A DNA stretch of 64,000 nt from Podarcis vaucheri (taxonomy: Eukaryota): assembly GCA_965113315.1 (NCBI GenBank), contig OZ220378.1; one strand, 5' to 3'. Below are positions 62,701-64,000 of this stretch, piece after piece (position 1 is the first letter of the stretch; each line of letters starts with the position of its first letter). The notes beneath the pieces are model-generated. The model had not been told where the DNA came from. It searched no databases and worked only from the letters and a program-made list of their open reading frames with translations. The position numbers were made by a program, and so were the translations under genes.

Positions 62701-64000
62701 ATCCATAAGCAAATGTCACTTCCAGTCCAGTTGCTTCAGGTCGAGGGTCTGAGAGAGCCTGCAAAAGGCAACCCATTTCCAAGCTGGGAGAAGCAAGGGA
62801 GCAGTTTGGCTCCAAGTAGCCAACGTCCAGGATTCTTTGACACTTTGCCATGGAAACATCCACCCTAATGGGCTTCCATTTTAAGATCCCGGTTTTTTAG
62901 GTTCGGCCTGTGAAACTTACAACCTTCCCTAAACTGAGTGGGGTCCACCAGCAGCACGTGGTAGCCCACCAGGAGCTCAGTAAGCTTGCTATTGTTGTTC
63001 ACAACTTTAAAAATGGAGAGATTGTTGAGCACCTGGCAGGCTACAGTCCGTGGTGGTGGTGGGCAGGGTAACAAGCTGTGCATGTCAAGAACAGGGTGGA
63101 ACTTACGAGTGGATGGGATTCATTCAGCAGCCAATCAGCTCTGCCTTCACCATGGTTTAATTTTCATGACCTCCTCTTGGTTGCCTTTGGCCAATCGGAA
63201 ATGGATGTGGGAGAAGGGCAAGTAGTGACAGAAGTCTGTGTCTGTAGCTGCATCCTGGGCTTCTGTAGAAGTGCACACTAGTGCCCCCGCCCACTCCACA
63301 AGTCAGATTGGTGTAGTGTTGACACCGTATGTGCCCATCTGTCAGTCAAACCAGCGCAGGACCGCCTCACACGTGTTGCATTATTCTTTGTGGCCTGGCT
63401 GTTCAGATTCATGCTTTGCAAAGGCGCACACACACTCTTGCTCTCACAGCTGTGGTCTGGGACAGAGAGGGCTTGTTAAGCTTGGGCTTGTTAGAATTTG
63501 TGAAACCACTTGCAGGACTAGGGGCAGACAGCTGGCTTGGCTCCCCCCCCCTTTCCCTTTATGGTCCCCAGTGTTTAACCTTCCTTCACCCATAATGCAC
63601 AAGGGAGTGGAAGGGAAGTTCATTCCAAGAAGCAGCTGTCCAGATAGCTCTAGAAACCAAGTCCTGCAGCTGCTTGCTTTGGAATGGGTGTGCATGCAGC
63701 ATCCTCCCAGTGCAAAATGTTGGCACTGTAGGAAGGATCCTGACACCCTATCCAGTCCCTTGGCTTACCATCTCCCCTTCTTAAGTGGGTGGCCCTTTCT
63801 CTTCCCTGAGGAATGCAGGTTCAGCAGGCTAAGCTGAATGGATGTGTCTCCGAGGATGGATGGGCAGGAGTCGCACCCACATTAAGCACTTTGTCCTTTG
63901 TGCCTAGCAAAAGGTGAAAGTCACAGACTCCTAACATGGAAGGAAAATCACCCTGCCTCAGGGACATGCAGATGGGCTAGCAACTCCAAGAACCACACAC
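59770..64000 (+). other. PACS1 3' UTR / downstream region; candidate AATAAA at 61618-61623 and 62487-62492
   Basis: Follows the stop codon. No recognisable TE or exon in 4.2 kb. The true 3' end cannot be determined from sequence alone. Confidence 0.5.

Overview
Vertebrate genomic DNA, almost certainly a squamate reptile and probably a lacertid lizard (Sauria SINEs plus a lizard-type repeat landscape). The + strand carries coding exons 2-24 of PACS1 (phosphofurin acidic cluster sorting protein 1), from 24678 to the stop codon at 59767-59769. All introns are GT-AG, phases are consistent, and 2536 coding nt lie in the window. Exon 1 is upstream of the window, so 1-24677 is the distal part of intron 1, and 59770-64000 is probably 3' UTR/downstream sequence. 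The introns hold two Sauria SINEs, other tRNA-derived and MIR-like SINEs, many hAT, Tc1/mariner and Harbinger-like MITEs, an internally deleted RTE LINE, L2 fragments and three short Penelope-like (PLE) insertions with target-site duplications. Most ORFs in the supplied track are spurious. Highlights: (1) a ~190-bp fold-back PLE insertion at ~14044-14232 encoding a minimal hammerhead ribozyme on each strand, with a related fold-back at ~45.9 kb; (2) a candidate in-frame 30-nt microexon, and a possible 3-nt microexon, in PACS1 intron 12, followed by RBFOX motifs and a dense NOVA-type YCAY cluster; (3) a short sequence module shared by MITEs of apparently different superfamilies. Exon numbers and residue numbers follow the human gene as recalled, not as aligned here.
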